From positions 1 to 64,000 of the forward strand of contig JAUGWO010000112.1 of the NCBI GenBank assembly GCA_049724395.1: 64,000 nt of DNA, in the 5' to 3' direction. This stretch comes from Spongospora subterranea f. sp. subterranea. Taxonomy: Eukaryota. The notes beneath the pieces were generated by a model that did no database searches, had not been told where the DNA came from, and saw only the letters and a program-made list of their open reading frames with translations. The number at the start of each line of letters is the position of its first letter. Position 1 is the stretch's first letter. The position numbers and the translations under genes were made by a program. Positions 1 to 9,994 of this stretch are shown piece after piece.

Positions 1-514
1 CAACTTCTCCAAGAGATCGGCTTTGCATGCCCACAACCCACAGTCGTATTCGAGGATAACCGAGGATGCGTCGCTATTAGCAAGAATAATCGGACTGACG
101 CTCGTACAAAGCACATTGACGTAAAATATCACTATACTAGAAAGCTTGTTGAGGACAGAATTATCGACGTCAAGCCAATATCAACAAAGGAAATGGTTGC
201 CGACGTAATGACAAAGTCGCTCGATACACTGAAGTTTGGTTGGTGTCGCAACAAGATGGGCATCATAGACACAAGCAACCGAGATACAACCTCGAGGGGA
301 CGTGCTGAAATACGAGGTTCTATTTAATTTAATATGATGCCCTGTATGAAGTCAGGTCCCATAACTGCTGAGCACCACGGAGTTTGTATTTATATCTGAC
401 GAGATGTCAATAAATAAACGCTGCTTTTCTCCATTAATAAAGGCCAGGCATTAAATTGTCTGAGAGATTTCGGGTACCTTAGCCCAGTTCGACTACCGTC
501 CTACCACTTTAGAA
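1..514 (+). mobile_element. Ty1/copia 3' end (RNase H C-terminus, PPT, 3' LTR from ~303); runs off left edge
   Basis: Frame 1 reads EDNRGCVAISKNNRTDARTKHIDVKYHY...EMVADVMTK; purine tract GAGGGGA then TGCTGAAA at 303; AATAAA motifs on + strand. LTR right end approximate. Confidence 0.75.
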
Positions 515-3500
515 GTTTGAACTTCAACACGCCCCCTCAAACCATGTGCCTTGTTGGTCACCAATCTTTTGCTCAGTTTTGTGAATGTTGCGCCTGAAGT
601 TGATTTAGTGAAAATATCTGCGACCATCTCGGCTGTTGGCATGAACTGGACTTGAATCTGGTTGTTGTGAACCATCTGTCTAACGAAATGGTATTTTGCA
701 TCAATGTGTTTTGTTCGCGCGTCGGTTCTGTTGTTGCCGCTGATAGATATGCATCCTTGGTTATCGTCGTATATGACAGTTGCGGCTGGTTCTGGGCGCT
801 CAAGTTCGAACAACAGTTGGCGGATCCATTTGGCTTCGCGTGTCGCACCACATAATAAAATATATTCGGATTCAACAGACGATAAGGCTGTTGAGGGTTG
901 CAATTTGGATTTCCAAGAGATTGGGGCACCATGAAAAGTGAAAACGAAACCAGTTGTGGATCTCCTCGTGTCCGGGTTACCGGCCCAGTCTGCGTCGCTG
1001 TAGCCATAGAGTCCGGCGGGATTCTTTGAAGAGCCTGCTGTAAATTTCAGGCCGTGGTCCGATGTCCCTGCCAAAAATCGGAGTACTCTCTGTGCTGCCG
1101 TCCAGTGCTGCCGCCCGGGGTTGCTTATAAATCTACATAAGGTTCCGACCGCGCATGCAATGCCGGGTCTTGTGGTTGTGGCTAACCAGTTTAAACTGCC
1201 GACAAGCTCAGAATATGGCACCAATTTCATGTTGGCTCGCTCTTGGTCGGTGGTAGGGCTCATGTTCGTACTGAGGTAGTATCCTGGTTGATGTGGAGTT
1301 TTGGCGGATTTGCAAAGATTCATATTGAATCGAAGGAGTAATTCATCAACGTAGTCTTGCTGGTGTAAAAATATTGATCCTGTTGCCCCATCACGCAATA
1401 ACTGCATACCAAGAACACGACTGGGCGCGCCAAGATCGGTGACGTTCCATTTGGACTTGAAGTGATCCACTAATTCATCACAAAGAGTTGGATTATTATG
1501 GGCAATAATGATATCGTCGACATGAATGAGAACAATAGCATAGAAAGTGTCACGTCTGAGATGGTAAAGACAAGGATCAGCAATTGTTCTTCGAAAATGG
1601 AGCTTATTGACCAAGAAATCATCCAGCTGCTGATTCCAGATCATTCCCGCTTGTTTAAGACCGTAGAGAGCTTTCTGTAACTTGCAAACTAGATTTCCTT
1701 GACCAGGCTCGATGAAACCATCAGGCTGTTTCATGTAAATATCGCCGTCAATGTTACCGTTAAGGAATGCGCCCACGATGTCGATTTGATGAAGAAACAA
1801 GCCTTGATCGGCGGTTAGTGCCATGACGATACGAAATGATTCCGAATGTGCGACGGGAGAGAAAGTTTCACTGTAATCGATACCAGCACGTTGGGAGAAA
1901 CCTTTGATCACCAAACGGGCTTTGAACTTTCGAATACCACCATCTCCGGTCAGATTAGGCTTGGTATTGAAGACCCATTTGCAGGCGATTGCTTTACGGT
2001 CTGGAGGTAGTTCTTGTAACGTCCATGTGTCAAATTCGAGCATCTGCTTGTATTCAACCTGCATAGCATCATACCAATGGCCAGCTTCAGGTCCGTTCAG
2101 GGCTTCTGGGACTGTTTGTGGTACGATAACAGAAGCAATTGTGAGTGATGCGATGTCCGGTCTTGGCAATTTGATACATGTCGAGTCCAACTGCAGTGTG
2201 TGATTGGCTTGATGTGCTTTCCACCATTCTCCTGGAGGTCGCGATTCTCTAACACTGCGACGAACGACTACTGCCGGTTCGGGGTCTAAATCATTATTGT
2301 TGTCAGGCGAATAAGGTAATGATGCGTCCGATGTGCTGTCTGTGTCTTCAGGCTGGACAGGATCCAATTCATTGTCATTATTGCTGACATCTTCGGATAT
2401 GATGGAATCAGCTGCATTGTTTTCATTCGAAATTTGAACATGGGGTTCCATCTCAGAGCGGAAGCTGCTTTCAAAACAGGGGGAGATGGTATTTCTGGAA
2501 TCTGAACTTTCTCTTTGAAATCCGTAATCAAAGGAGTATTCGTCGAACTCGACATCTCGACTGGAATATTCTTTTTGAGATATGGGATCGTACAGCAAAT
2601 AAGCCTTTTGATTCTGTGTGTAGCCAATGTGAATTAGTTTCTGTGCTCGAGGCTGTATCTTTTTCCGTTCGTTGGACTGAAGCAATCTGTAGGCGACACA
2701 GCCGAATGTTCTAAGGTAGTTAAGATTCGGAACCTGTTTGAACAAGACTTCATACGGAGTAACTCGGTCTGGTAACGTGGAGTGGGGTCGTCGATTGTAT
2801 ATATGAACTGCTACTTGTACAGCCCAAGCAAAACATTGCTGGGGCAACTTCGAATGTGATAGTAGACAAAGAGCAATATCAGTCAATGTTCGATTAAGCC
2901 TTTCAGCCATGCCATTCGATTGTGAGTTTCCCGGGACTGTCCTTCGGTGATGAATGCCTTGAAGGTCTAGCCAATCACGACACTCTTTCGACATGTATTC
3001 GCCTCCGTTGTCTGATCGAAAATTGCGGATAGTTGTGCTGTGAAGGTTGTTGAAATGTCGAATGAACTTCTTGAGGTGCTCGAACTGCTCAGATTTGTTT
3101 CTCAAACAGGCAATTGTGCAGAATCGGCTGTAAGCATCAATGTATGTGACAAAGTACTTGGAACCGTCTATGCCAGGGGAAGAAAATGGGCCCATGAGGT
3201 CGCTTACGATGAGTTCACCCGGAGTGGTTTGATGGTGTGTGATATTCAAGAACGGTCCTTTTGACATTTTCCCCATCACGCATGGTTCACAAAAGTGTAA
3301 TTGCTTGGGAGAAGGTTCTAGTCGAATTCCGTAGCGCTCATCCTTACTCAAATTCGATATTTCCTTGTTGCTGGTATGTCCTAACCTTGCGTGCCATAGT
3401 GACAGGGGAAGGGCAACGTCATGTCGGACCGCAAAAGTCGCCGCAAGGTCTGATGATCGGATAGAGTTTGAATCCAGTCTGTACAGGTTGTCCTTATCTT

Positions 3501-4605
3501 TTCGAATCCTTGCAAGTATGTTTCCAACGGGAGCGGTGAAATCATGAGAGTGGAAGATAGTCATGTGTTCGCCATCGATCAAAAACTTCATCCCTGATTC
3601 TGCTGCTTGGCCGGGAGAAAAGAGGTTTTTCCCCAGGTCCGGAACCGCCAAAACATTCTCAAGTGGAATTGACCTTCCCTGTACGCGCAAATTGCAGTTA
3701 CCAGATCCAACTGAAGGGATGGAAGTGTTGTCACCCAGTTGAATTTCTGGGTTCAGACTTGCGCTTCGGAATTGCGATAAGATCTGACGGTCAAATGTCA
3801 TGTGGTTGGAACAGCCAGTATCTACATGCCAGGCCCTGGACTTGTTAAATGAAGCTTGAGAGGCATAATGGTAGTTTTGAACTTGTCCCTGTCTATTATG
3901 TCTCGGCTGCCAGCTGCTAGGGCGAAGCTCAGGGTGTTGTGCATAACATTGGTCATCCGTATGGCCAAGGTGTGGGTGAACTTTGCATCGACGCTTCTTG
4001 CCAGCAATGTTTGCTTGTGTAGAGGTAATATCTTGGCCTTGACGAGCTTCTTCGTTTAGCAGCAGGGAGGTGATCGTGACTAGTGAAATATGATCAAAGT
4101 CCTGGCAGTCTAAGGCAGTAGCAACTGAGTGGAAACGGCTATCGAGGTTGCAAACAACGAGTGCTGAAATTAATTTTTCTGGTATCTCGATGCCTGCACC
4201 TTGGAGGTCTCGGGCTCGAGATTCGACTCGGCCTATAAATTCTTGTACTGGTTGCCCGTCTTGCATGCAGGTAACCCATTGGCGCAACTTGACGACAACT
4301 GAAGAGAGTGATTTGCGCTGGTAGATGTTATGGAGTTTGACCCAATACGCGTGAGCAGAGGTTTCAGAGAGTAAATGACGGAGTACCGAGTCACCCACGT
4401 TCAGTTCGATCACACCCCGGGTTTTCGTATCGGTACGGCTCGACGTCGTGTCAGTTCGCGGTTCGACAGGGTCGAATGTTGCTGGATTATAGGAGATTGA
4501 TGTATCGTAATCTTTGTCCTGTAATATGGCCATCATCCGACGCTTCCAGATAGGGAAATCGTCGGATCCTTCGAGCTTGTTGATGTTATAGACCGTGAAC
4601 ATCAT
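493..4605 (-). CDS. Copia gag-pol polyprotein (Gag-PR-IN-RT-RH), uninterrupted, ~1370 aa
   Basis: WHVDTGCSNHM protease, WHARLGH..CEPC integrase Zn finger, SDNGGEY, WKKAR-type FKARLVIKGF, IHVDD RT, YSDADWAG RNase H. Likely start MMFTV at 4605; the upstream ORF extension is repeat-derived. Confidence 0.93.
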   Translation of the reverse strand: MMFTVYNINKLEGSDDFPIWKRRMMAILQDKDYDTSISYNPATFDPVEPRTDTTSSRTDTKTRGVIELNVGDSVLRHLLSETSAHAYWVKLHNIYQRKSLSSVVVKLRQWVTCMQDGQPVQEFIGRVESRARDLQGAGIEIPEKLISALVVCNLDSRFHSVATALDCQDFDHISLVTITSLLLNEEARQGQDITSTQANIAGKKRRCKVHPHLGHTDDQCYAQHPELRPSSWQPRHNRQGQVQNYHYASQASFNKSRAWHVDTGCSNHMTFDRQILSQFRSASLNPEIQLGDNTSIPSVGSGNCNLRVQGRSIPLENVLAVPDLGKNLFSPGQAAESGMKFLIDGEHMTIFHSHDFTAPVGNILARIRKDKDNLYRLDSNSIRSSDLAATFAVRHDVALPLSLWHARLGHTSNKEISNLSKDERYGIRLEPSPKQLHFCEPCVMGKMSKGPFLNITHHQTTPGELIVSDLMGPFSSPGIDGSKYFVTYIDAYSRFCTIACLRNKSEQFEHLKKFIRHFNNLHSTTIRNFRSDNGGEYMSKECRDWLDLQGIHHRRTVPGNSQSNGMAERLNRTLTDIALCLLSHSKLPQQCFAWAVQVAVHIYNRRPHSTLPDRVTPYEVLFKQVPNLNYLRTFGCVAYRLLQSNERKKIQPRAQKLIHIGYTQNQKAYLLYDPISQKEYSSRDVEFDEYSFDYGFQRESSDSRNTISPCFESSFRSEMEPHVQISNENNAADSIISEDVSNNDNELDPVQPEDTDSTSDASLPYSPDNNNDLDPEPAVVVRRSVRESRPPGEWWKAHQANHTLQLDSTCIKLPRPDIASLTIASVIVPQTVPEALNGPEAGHWYDAMQVEYKQMLEFDTWTLQELPPDRKAIACKWVFNTKPNLTGDGGIRKFKARLVIKGFSQRAGIDYSETFSPVAHSESFRIVMALTADQGLFLHQIDIVGAFLNGNIDGDIYMKQPDGFIEPGQGNLVCKLQKALYGLKQAGMIWNQQLDDFLVNKLHFRRTIADPCLYHLRRDTFYAIVLIHVDDIIIAHNNPTLCDELVDHFKSKWNVTDLGAPSRVLGMQLLRDGATGSIFLHQQDYVDELLLRFNMNLCKSAKTPHQPGYYLSTNMSPTTDQERANMKLVPYSELVGSLNWLATTTRPGIACAVGTLCRFISNPGRQHWTAAQRVLRFLAGTSDHGLKFTAGSSKNPAGLYGYSDADWAGNPDTRRSTTGFVFTFHGAPISWKSKLQPSTALSSVESEYILLCGATREAKWIRQLLFELERPEPAATVIYDDNQGCISISGNNRTDARTKHIDAKYHFVRQMVHNNQIQVQFMPTAEMVADIFTKSTSGATFTKLSKRLVTNKAHGLRGRVEVQTSKVVGR

Positions 4606-4610
4606 GATGG

Positions 4611-4810
4611 ATGTATATACAAGTGTACACCTAAGTGTATATACAAATGTACACCTAAGTGTATATACAAATGTACACCTAAGTGTATATACAAATGTAC
4701 ACCAAGTGTATATACAAATGTACATCTAAGTGTATATACATATATACACCTAAGTGTATATACAAATGTAAACCTCAGTGTATATACAAATGTACACCTA
4801 AGTGTATATG
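4611..4810. repeat. 24-bp tandem repeat (CTAAGTGTATATACAAATGTACAC, ~8 copies) in copia-1 leader
   Basis: Direct periodicity; translates as (TLRCTFVY)n. Confidence 0.9.
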
Positions 4811-4887
4811 GAATAGCACACTTAAGTTACTATGCAGCTAACAGAGTTGGGACTCTTAATCTTTTAGAGAGAGGAGAGATCAGGCGA

Positions 4888-5048
4888 GCGAGAGAGGGAG
4901 CGGGCACGCGAGAGAGAGAGGGAGCGGGAACGCGAGAGAGAGGGAGCGGGAAACGCGAGAGAGAGAGGGAGCGGGAACGCGAGAGAGAGGGAGCGGGAAC
5001 GCGAGAGAGAGGGAGCGGGAACGCGAGAGAGAGAGGGAGTGGGAACGA
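4888..5048. repeat. ~22-bp GA-rich repeat (GAGAGAGAGGGAGCGGGAACGC) in U5 of copia-1 LTR
   Basis: Direct periodicity. Confidence 0.85.
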
Positions 5049-5371
5049 TGTTGATTGGAAGAAGCAAATAGAAGAATGAGTTTATTAGAAAACGAGGGGC
5101 TCTGATATACAGAGCTAGATATTATTGTCTCAGTCGGAAAAGGGCGCGCGATTTCTCTGTCGGGAAAAAGGCGCACTAATCGCGCGTCACAATCCGTCAC
5201 ACGACAGAGGCTGCGCTACAGGGTTGCTCCTCAGGAAGCCGCTCATTAAGAGGCCGCCTCTGGTCTTCATCAATATCGGATGTACGTGACAGTGGGCCAA
5301 TACGACCAGTTTGGGCCAGTACAGCCAATGGGCCAGTACGACAGGTTGGCGACGTGGTTTGAACTTCAACA

Positions 5372-5574
5372 ATCAGGTGGGGGCAGGTCCCATTCGGTTT
5401 GGTCGTTAGGACAGATTATGTTGCTTAATCCAGCTGGTCTAATAGGTTCCTTCATTGGATACCCAAGCTACTTGTAGCGGCCAGGCGGAAGTAGGGAAAG
5501 CCTGGTAGTACACAGGCTTACTCAACCCATAAGAACCCGCGATCCTTTGTATACCATACCATACCATTCCATAC
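5372..5574 (+). mobile_element. SINE-like family, 3' half only (cut by copia-1 LTR)
   Basis: Near-identical to 3' half of copies at 16448, 18432 and 22142; (ATACC)n tail. Confidence 0.85.
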
Positions 5575-5604
5575 TTCCGCCACTGTCTTATCTGGCAATA
5601 TTAA

Positions 5605-6492
5605 CTAAATTGCCTTTGCCAGTTTCCTTTTACCGATCTTATCATCGAGCCTCTGCGCTTTCTTCGCAATGCTCATCGGTATAACTGTCGACTGGGTACA
5701 ACTGTCTAATAACCCTGGAAATATCATCCCTGCAGTCGACACTCTAACACTCAACTGATTGTCTGCGGTTGACGGTTCGTGCATTTCTGACACTTTGTAG
5801 AAATCACTACTGTTGGATCCTGTCGTAGTCCTGACATAAAGATCACCGTTATGTTGGCTCTCTATGGTAGCAACTCCAATCCGACAAATCCTCATATACT
5901 GTCCATTTTGTCTTTGTGTTTAACCAAGAGCGATTCCATCTCTGTCTTGGATGGTTTCGGTGGACACTTGGACATACTATGTCCCTCCAAACCGCAACAC
6001 AAACATAAGAACTCTCCTTTCTTATGCTTAACGTTTTTTCTGATGCCGGGCACGTTGTCTCACCTCGGGTTGCAGTTTCTTAAAATCTGTGGCATATCTC
6101 TAATGTTAGGAACTGCGCCCGAGATACACAGTTACCAACTGACCCAAAAGGTACTATGATGGCACAAGGCCATCATTCTCGGGTCCTTATATACCTAAGA
6201 CTTTTGGATCATGACATCTAACGGCACTGTGCCGCAGCCCTCTACTGTCGCAATTTTTCACGGAGTTTCGTTGACTGACACTTGCCGATCCCATGGTCCT
6301 GCTCTGACCTGGTCGTTCAAATCACCGATTTGTTGACCGTTGACTGTCCCTAGTCTACCCACAACCAACAGGTTTTGAATCTGTTGCTAACGTTGTCGAG
6401 TCCATGTGTCCATCATACATAACAGGCACTATTCGTAATACACAACTATTGTATAAATACGAATCATCCGACAATCAGTATCAACCAGTCCA
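5605..6492 (-). pseudogene. Degenerate gypsy-like gag/protease fragment; probable LTR split into 6493-6519 and 17519-17773 by copia-2
   Basis: CLCCGLEGHSMSKC zinc knuckle followed by GLLDSCTQSTVI protease-like motif; TGTTAT..ATGACA termini flank the copia-2 insertion. Confidence 0.55.
6104..6216 (-). mobile_element. Solo LTR of the TRIM family (113 bp), TSD TCTAA
   Basis: TG..CA termini, matches TRIM LTRs; TCTAA at 6099-6103 and 6217-6221. Confidence 0.93.
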
Positions 6493-6790
6493 TGTCATGT
6501 ATTTCTGACACCCGGTGTCTGTTGAATACAACTTGCCTGCCTCAAGTACGGACATTCTCCAAGGAAAGTGCGTACCCCCAGTCGGCGCAACCACGGCATG
6601 AGCATGACATAAAGCTGACTGTACGCACTTTACGCATTGGGCTATAAATATCCATTTCCCGAGGTATCTACCTATATATAAGCAATTACGCCACAATAAT
6701 CAATTCATTCAGCTATTGCATCTGTTTGAGCAACATCAAATTTTCCACAGATTAACAGTCGAAGCCGCTGACCGGTTACGTCCATCCTAC

Positions 6791-7090
6791 GAGGCCACGC
6801 CCACACTACCAGGCCACGCCCACTCAACGAGGTCACGCCCACTCAACGAGGTCCCGCCCACTCAACGAGGCCACGCCCACTCAACGAGGCCGCATCCATT
6901 CAATGAGGCCGCGTTCACTCAACAAGGTCACGCCCACTCAACTAGGTCACGCTCATTCAACGAGGTCACGCCCATTCAACGAGGTCACGCCCATTCAACC
7001 TGGTCACGCCCACATTAAAAGGTCACCCCCACACTACGAGGCCGCGCTCACTCTTCGAAGTCACGCCCAATCTACCAGGCTACGCCCATT
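6791..7090 (+). repeat. 19-bp imperfect tandem repeat (GAGGTCACGCCCACTCAAC) in copia-2 leader
   Basis: About 15 degenerate copies between PBS and gag ATG. Confidence 0.85.
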
Positions 7091-9994
7091 CTACCAGATG
7101 AAAGAGATCTTGCAATCAATCACTAAATTCACTGGCGCGGACACTGATGACTTCCAGCTGTGGCAACAAAAGGTCATCATGTACCTGTCAACGAAGGATC
7201 TAGAAGTTTATATCGACCAGGACCCAGCTCTCCCTGCCACCACTGAAGAACTGCGCAACGACAAGAAGGGAAGTCGATCATCTGTTGCTGCCTCCATGAT
7301 CTAATTGTAAGCTCAATCTTGAAGGAACCGACTGCACATAAGCATTTACAGTAACTCTTGATTTTCAAAAGGAAGTCAAATTTGCACCCACGGCAGCATC
7401 CTTAAATAATTTTGAGGCTCAAATTGAGCATAGAGAGCGGGAACCTGGCGTAGCTTTCGTGGCGACCGCAAAACGCATCTCAGGACGACATCGTTGCAAC
7501 TATCACAACAGCAATGCACACGACGACGCTCACTGCTGCATCAGCACCCGGAGCTCCGACCAAAGATCACCGCAAATAAAACGCTTCATTCCAACTACCT
7601 CAACCGCAGCGAACACGTAGCTCTTTCAACTCAGCCCCCACGAAACATCTCTGGTTCCAGTTGGATTCTCGACTCCGCATGCTCGACTCACATGTGCTCT
7701 GATCCCTCGACGCTTGAGCAGATTTTGCCCGCATACAATCCTCTAACCATCAGGGTGGCAAACAACGCCATATTGCGCTCCACGGCTAGCGGCACCTCTA
7801 AAATCCAATCCTGCATCGGAACTATCAACATCTCTCCAGTATCGTTCGTTCCCGGACTCTCCGCAAACCTCATCTCCATCGGTCAAGCGACGTCGGATGG
7901 CTTAGAATTTGAATTCAGACGCAACACATGCAAGATTCTGGACTCCGGCGGTAATCTTATCACTGAGATCTCGAAGGATCATGACAACCTGTACACCCTG
8001 CCTCCAGTTATCAACTACACTGCAGAGCCACGTACTGCTGCGGCAAAAATGGTATCAGAAACACGCGACCTTTGGCGCAATCGACTTGGCCACATCAACG
8101 ATCATGACCTCAACTCAGCCTTGGAAAATTCGGTCACCGGAATCAAGCAACCAGCGAAGATACGCACACCCTCACCGATCTCTCCCTGTGACGGCTGCAT
8201 GCTTGGAAAAATGCCAAGAGGTAACATCCAACGAACCTCTGAAAGCTCAACCACCAGGCCGCTGGAAATCATTCACAGTGACATTTCTGGACCATTTCCC
8301 GTTGATGGAATTCACGGCAAATCGAGATATTACTTTTCATTTCTAGACCAACACACACGATACTCATTTGTGTACCTGATTCGAAGGAAGTCGGAAGCCA
8401 TATCAGCAATCAAGCAGCATATCCGTCTGGTCAACAATCATTTTCAAGACCAGGGATTCTCTGTGAAGAGCTTTCAAAGCGACGGTGGAGGAGAATACAC
8501 ATCCAAAGAATGTCAAACATTCCTCGCAGATCTCGGCATCGTCTATCGAAGAATCATCCCATACCAATCGGAACAAAACGACATGATCGAAAGACTTAAC
8601 CGAACGATAATCGAGTGTGAAGAGAGCATGCGCCTTAGTGGAAAATTAGGACCCAGGTTTTGGACTGCTGTCGTTTCCGCAGCCGTCTATAGTATCAATC
8701 GACGTCCACACAGCGCACTGCCGCAGCGCATATCCCCATTTGAAGCCTGGAACAAGACCAAACCGGACTTACGGCATCTTCTAACATTCGGTTGCGACGC
8801 GTATATTCACCTGCCCAACCAACTTCATCGAAAACTTCAACCACGAGGACGCAAGGTTACCTTCATTTCATACCCAACAAATCAAAAGGGGTATCAATTC
8901 TGGGACGAGGAAGAGCAGCGTATTGTCTGCAGCCGGTTCACAGACGCCTCATTTCATGAGCATTCATTTTCAAGGACACAGCCTGTTCAGCGCAGAAATG
9001 AAGTCACATTCGATTTTGATGGACCATCTACAACGACTTCCAACCCTTTGAGAACAATCCTTACTGACTCCTCATCATCAATACAGGAATCATCCAGCTC
9101 TTCTGAACCATCCTCAGCGATATCAAGCGACTCATCATCAAACCCTCCTGAAGAAGTTAGCGAAGAATCAGAAGAATCACAGCCTCATGGAAGCACGGAA
9201 TATGAGATCGAGCGCGACGATTGCAAAAGAGCCGAACAAGAAGATGACGAACCAATTCGAATGGAGAATGGATGACGGTCGGATCGTGTCCGAAATGCTC
9301 TTGGAGAATGGTGGAAATTTCCACCAGCAGCAGCTCTGATCGTCCAACGTGACAGGATGCAAGCATGTCAGATCACTCTGCCGAAGTCAATCAGCGAGGC
9401 AACAGATCCAGCAAACGAGTTTTCTGAAGAATGGACTCAAGCAACAAACGCCGAATTCACAAGCCTGCAAGAAAATCAAACCTGGGAACTCTGCCCACTC
9501 CCAATTGGAAGACAAGCCATCGCTAACAAATGGATATTTAAAGTAAAACCGGATGACGAGGGATTCGTGCACAAACTCAAGGCAAGACTCGTTATCAAAG
9601 GTTTCTCTCAACGACCGGGAATTGACTTCAACTGTTAGGAACTGCGCCCGAGATACACAGTTACCAACTGACCCAAAAGGTACTATGATGGCACAAGGCC
9701 ATCATTCTCGGGTCCTTATATACCTAAGACTTTTGGATCATGACAGTATCCCCCTGTTTAGGAGCGACCCCCATGACCTTCCAGCCCCCGTGCGACTTCC
9801 TAGATTATCCTCTGACTGGTTGTTGTGCCGTTACCCTCAGGGAGCAATATTAGTAGTTAGAAGGTGAGGCTTTTGAAAATAAACCAAAGTGGTCGTCTAA
9901 AGTATATTCGGATCTATTAATGACTTTCTAGAAAAAGGGTCTGCCGGCCTTCGTCTCCCATGCAAGGAGTCACACTCTTACTTCTTGGCGTGAA

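Larger units (their letters stand above)
515..5371 (-). mobile_element. Ty1/copia element 1; 5' LTR ~4862-5371, 3' LTR reduced to 15 bp (515-529) by the neighbouring insertion
   Basis: Both ends share TGTTGAAGTTCAAAC on the minus strand; PPT TTGAGGGGGCG before 529; PBS at 4848-4861; long gag-pol ORF. Confidence 0.8.

Noticed and set aside
405..529. 125-bp TG..CA segment as the full 3' LTR of copia-1
   Set aside because: Only 15 bp match the 5' LTR; the rest fits better as the + strand LTR of the neighbouring copia.
4606..4725. N-terminal extension of the 1410-aa ORF
   Set aside because: Translation of the 24-bp leader repeat.
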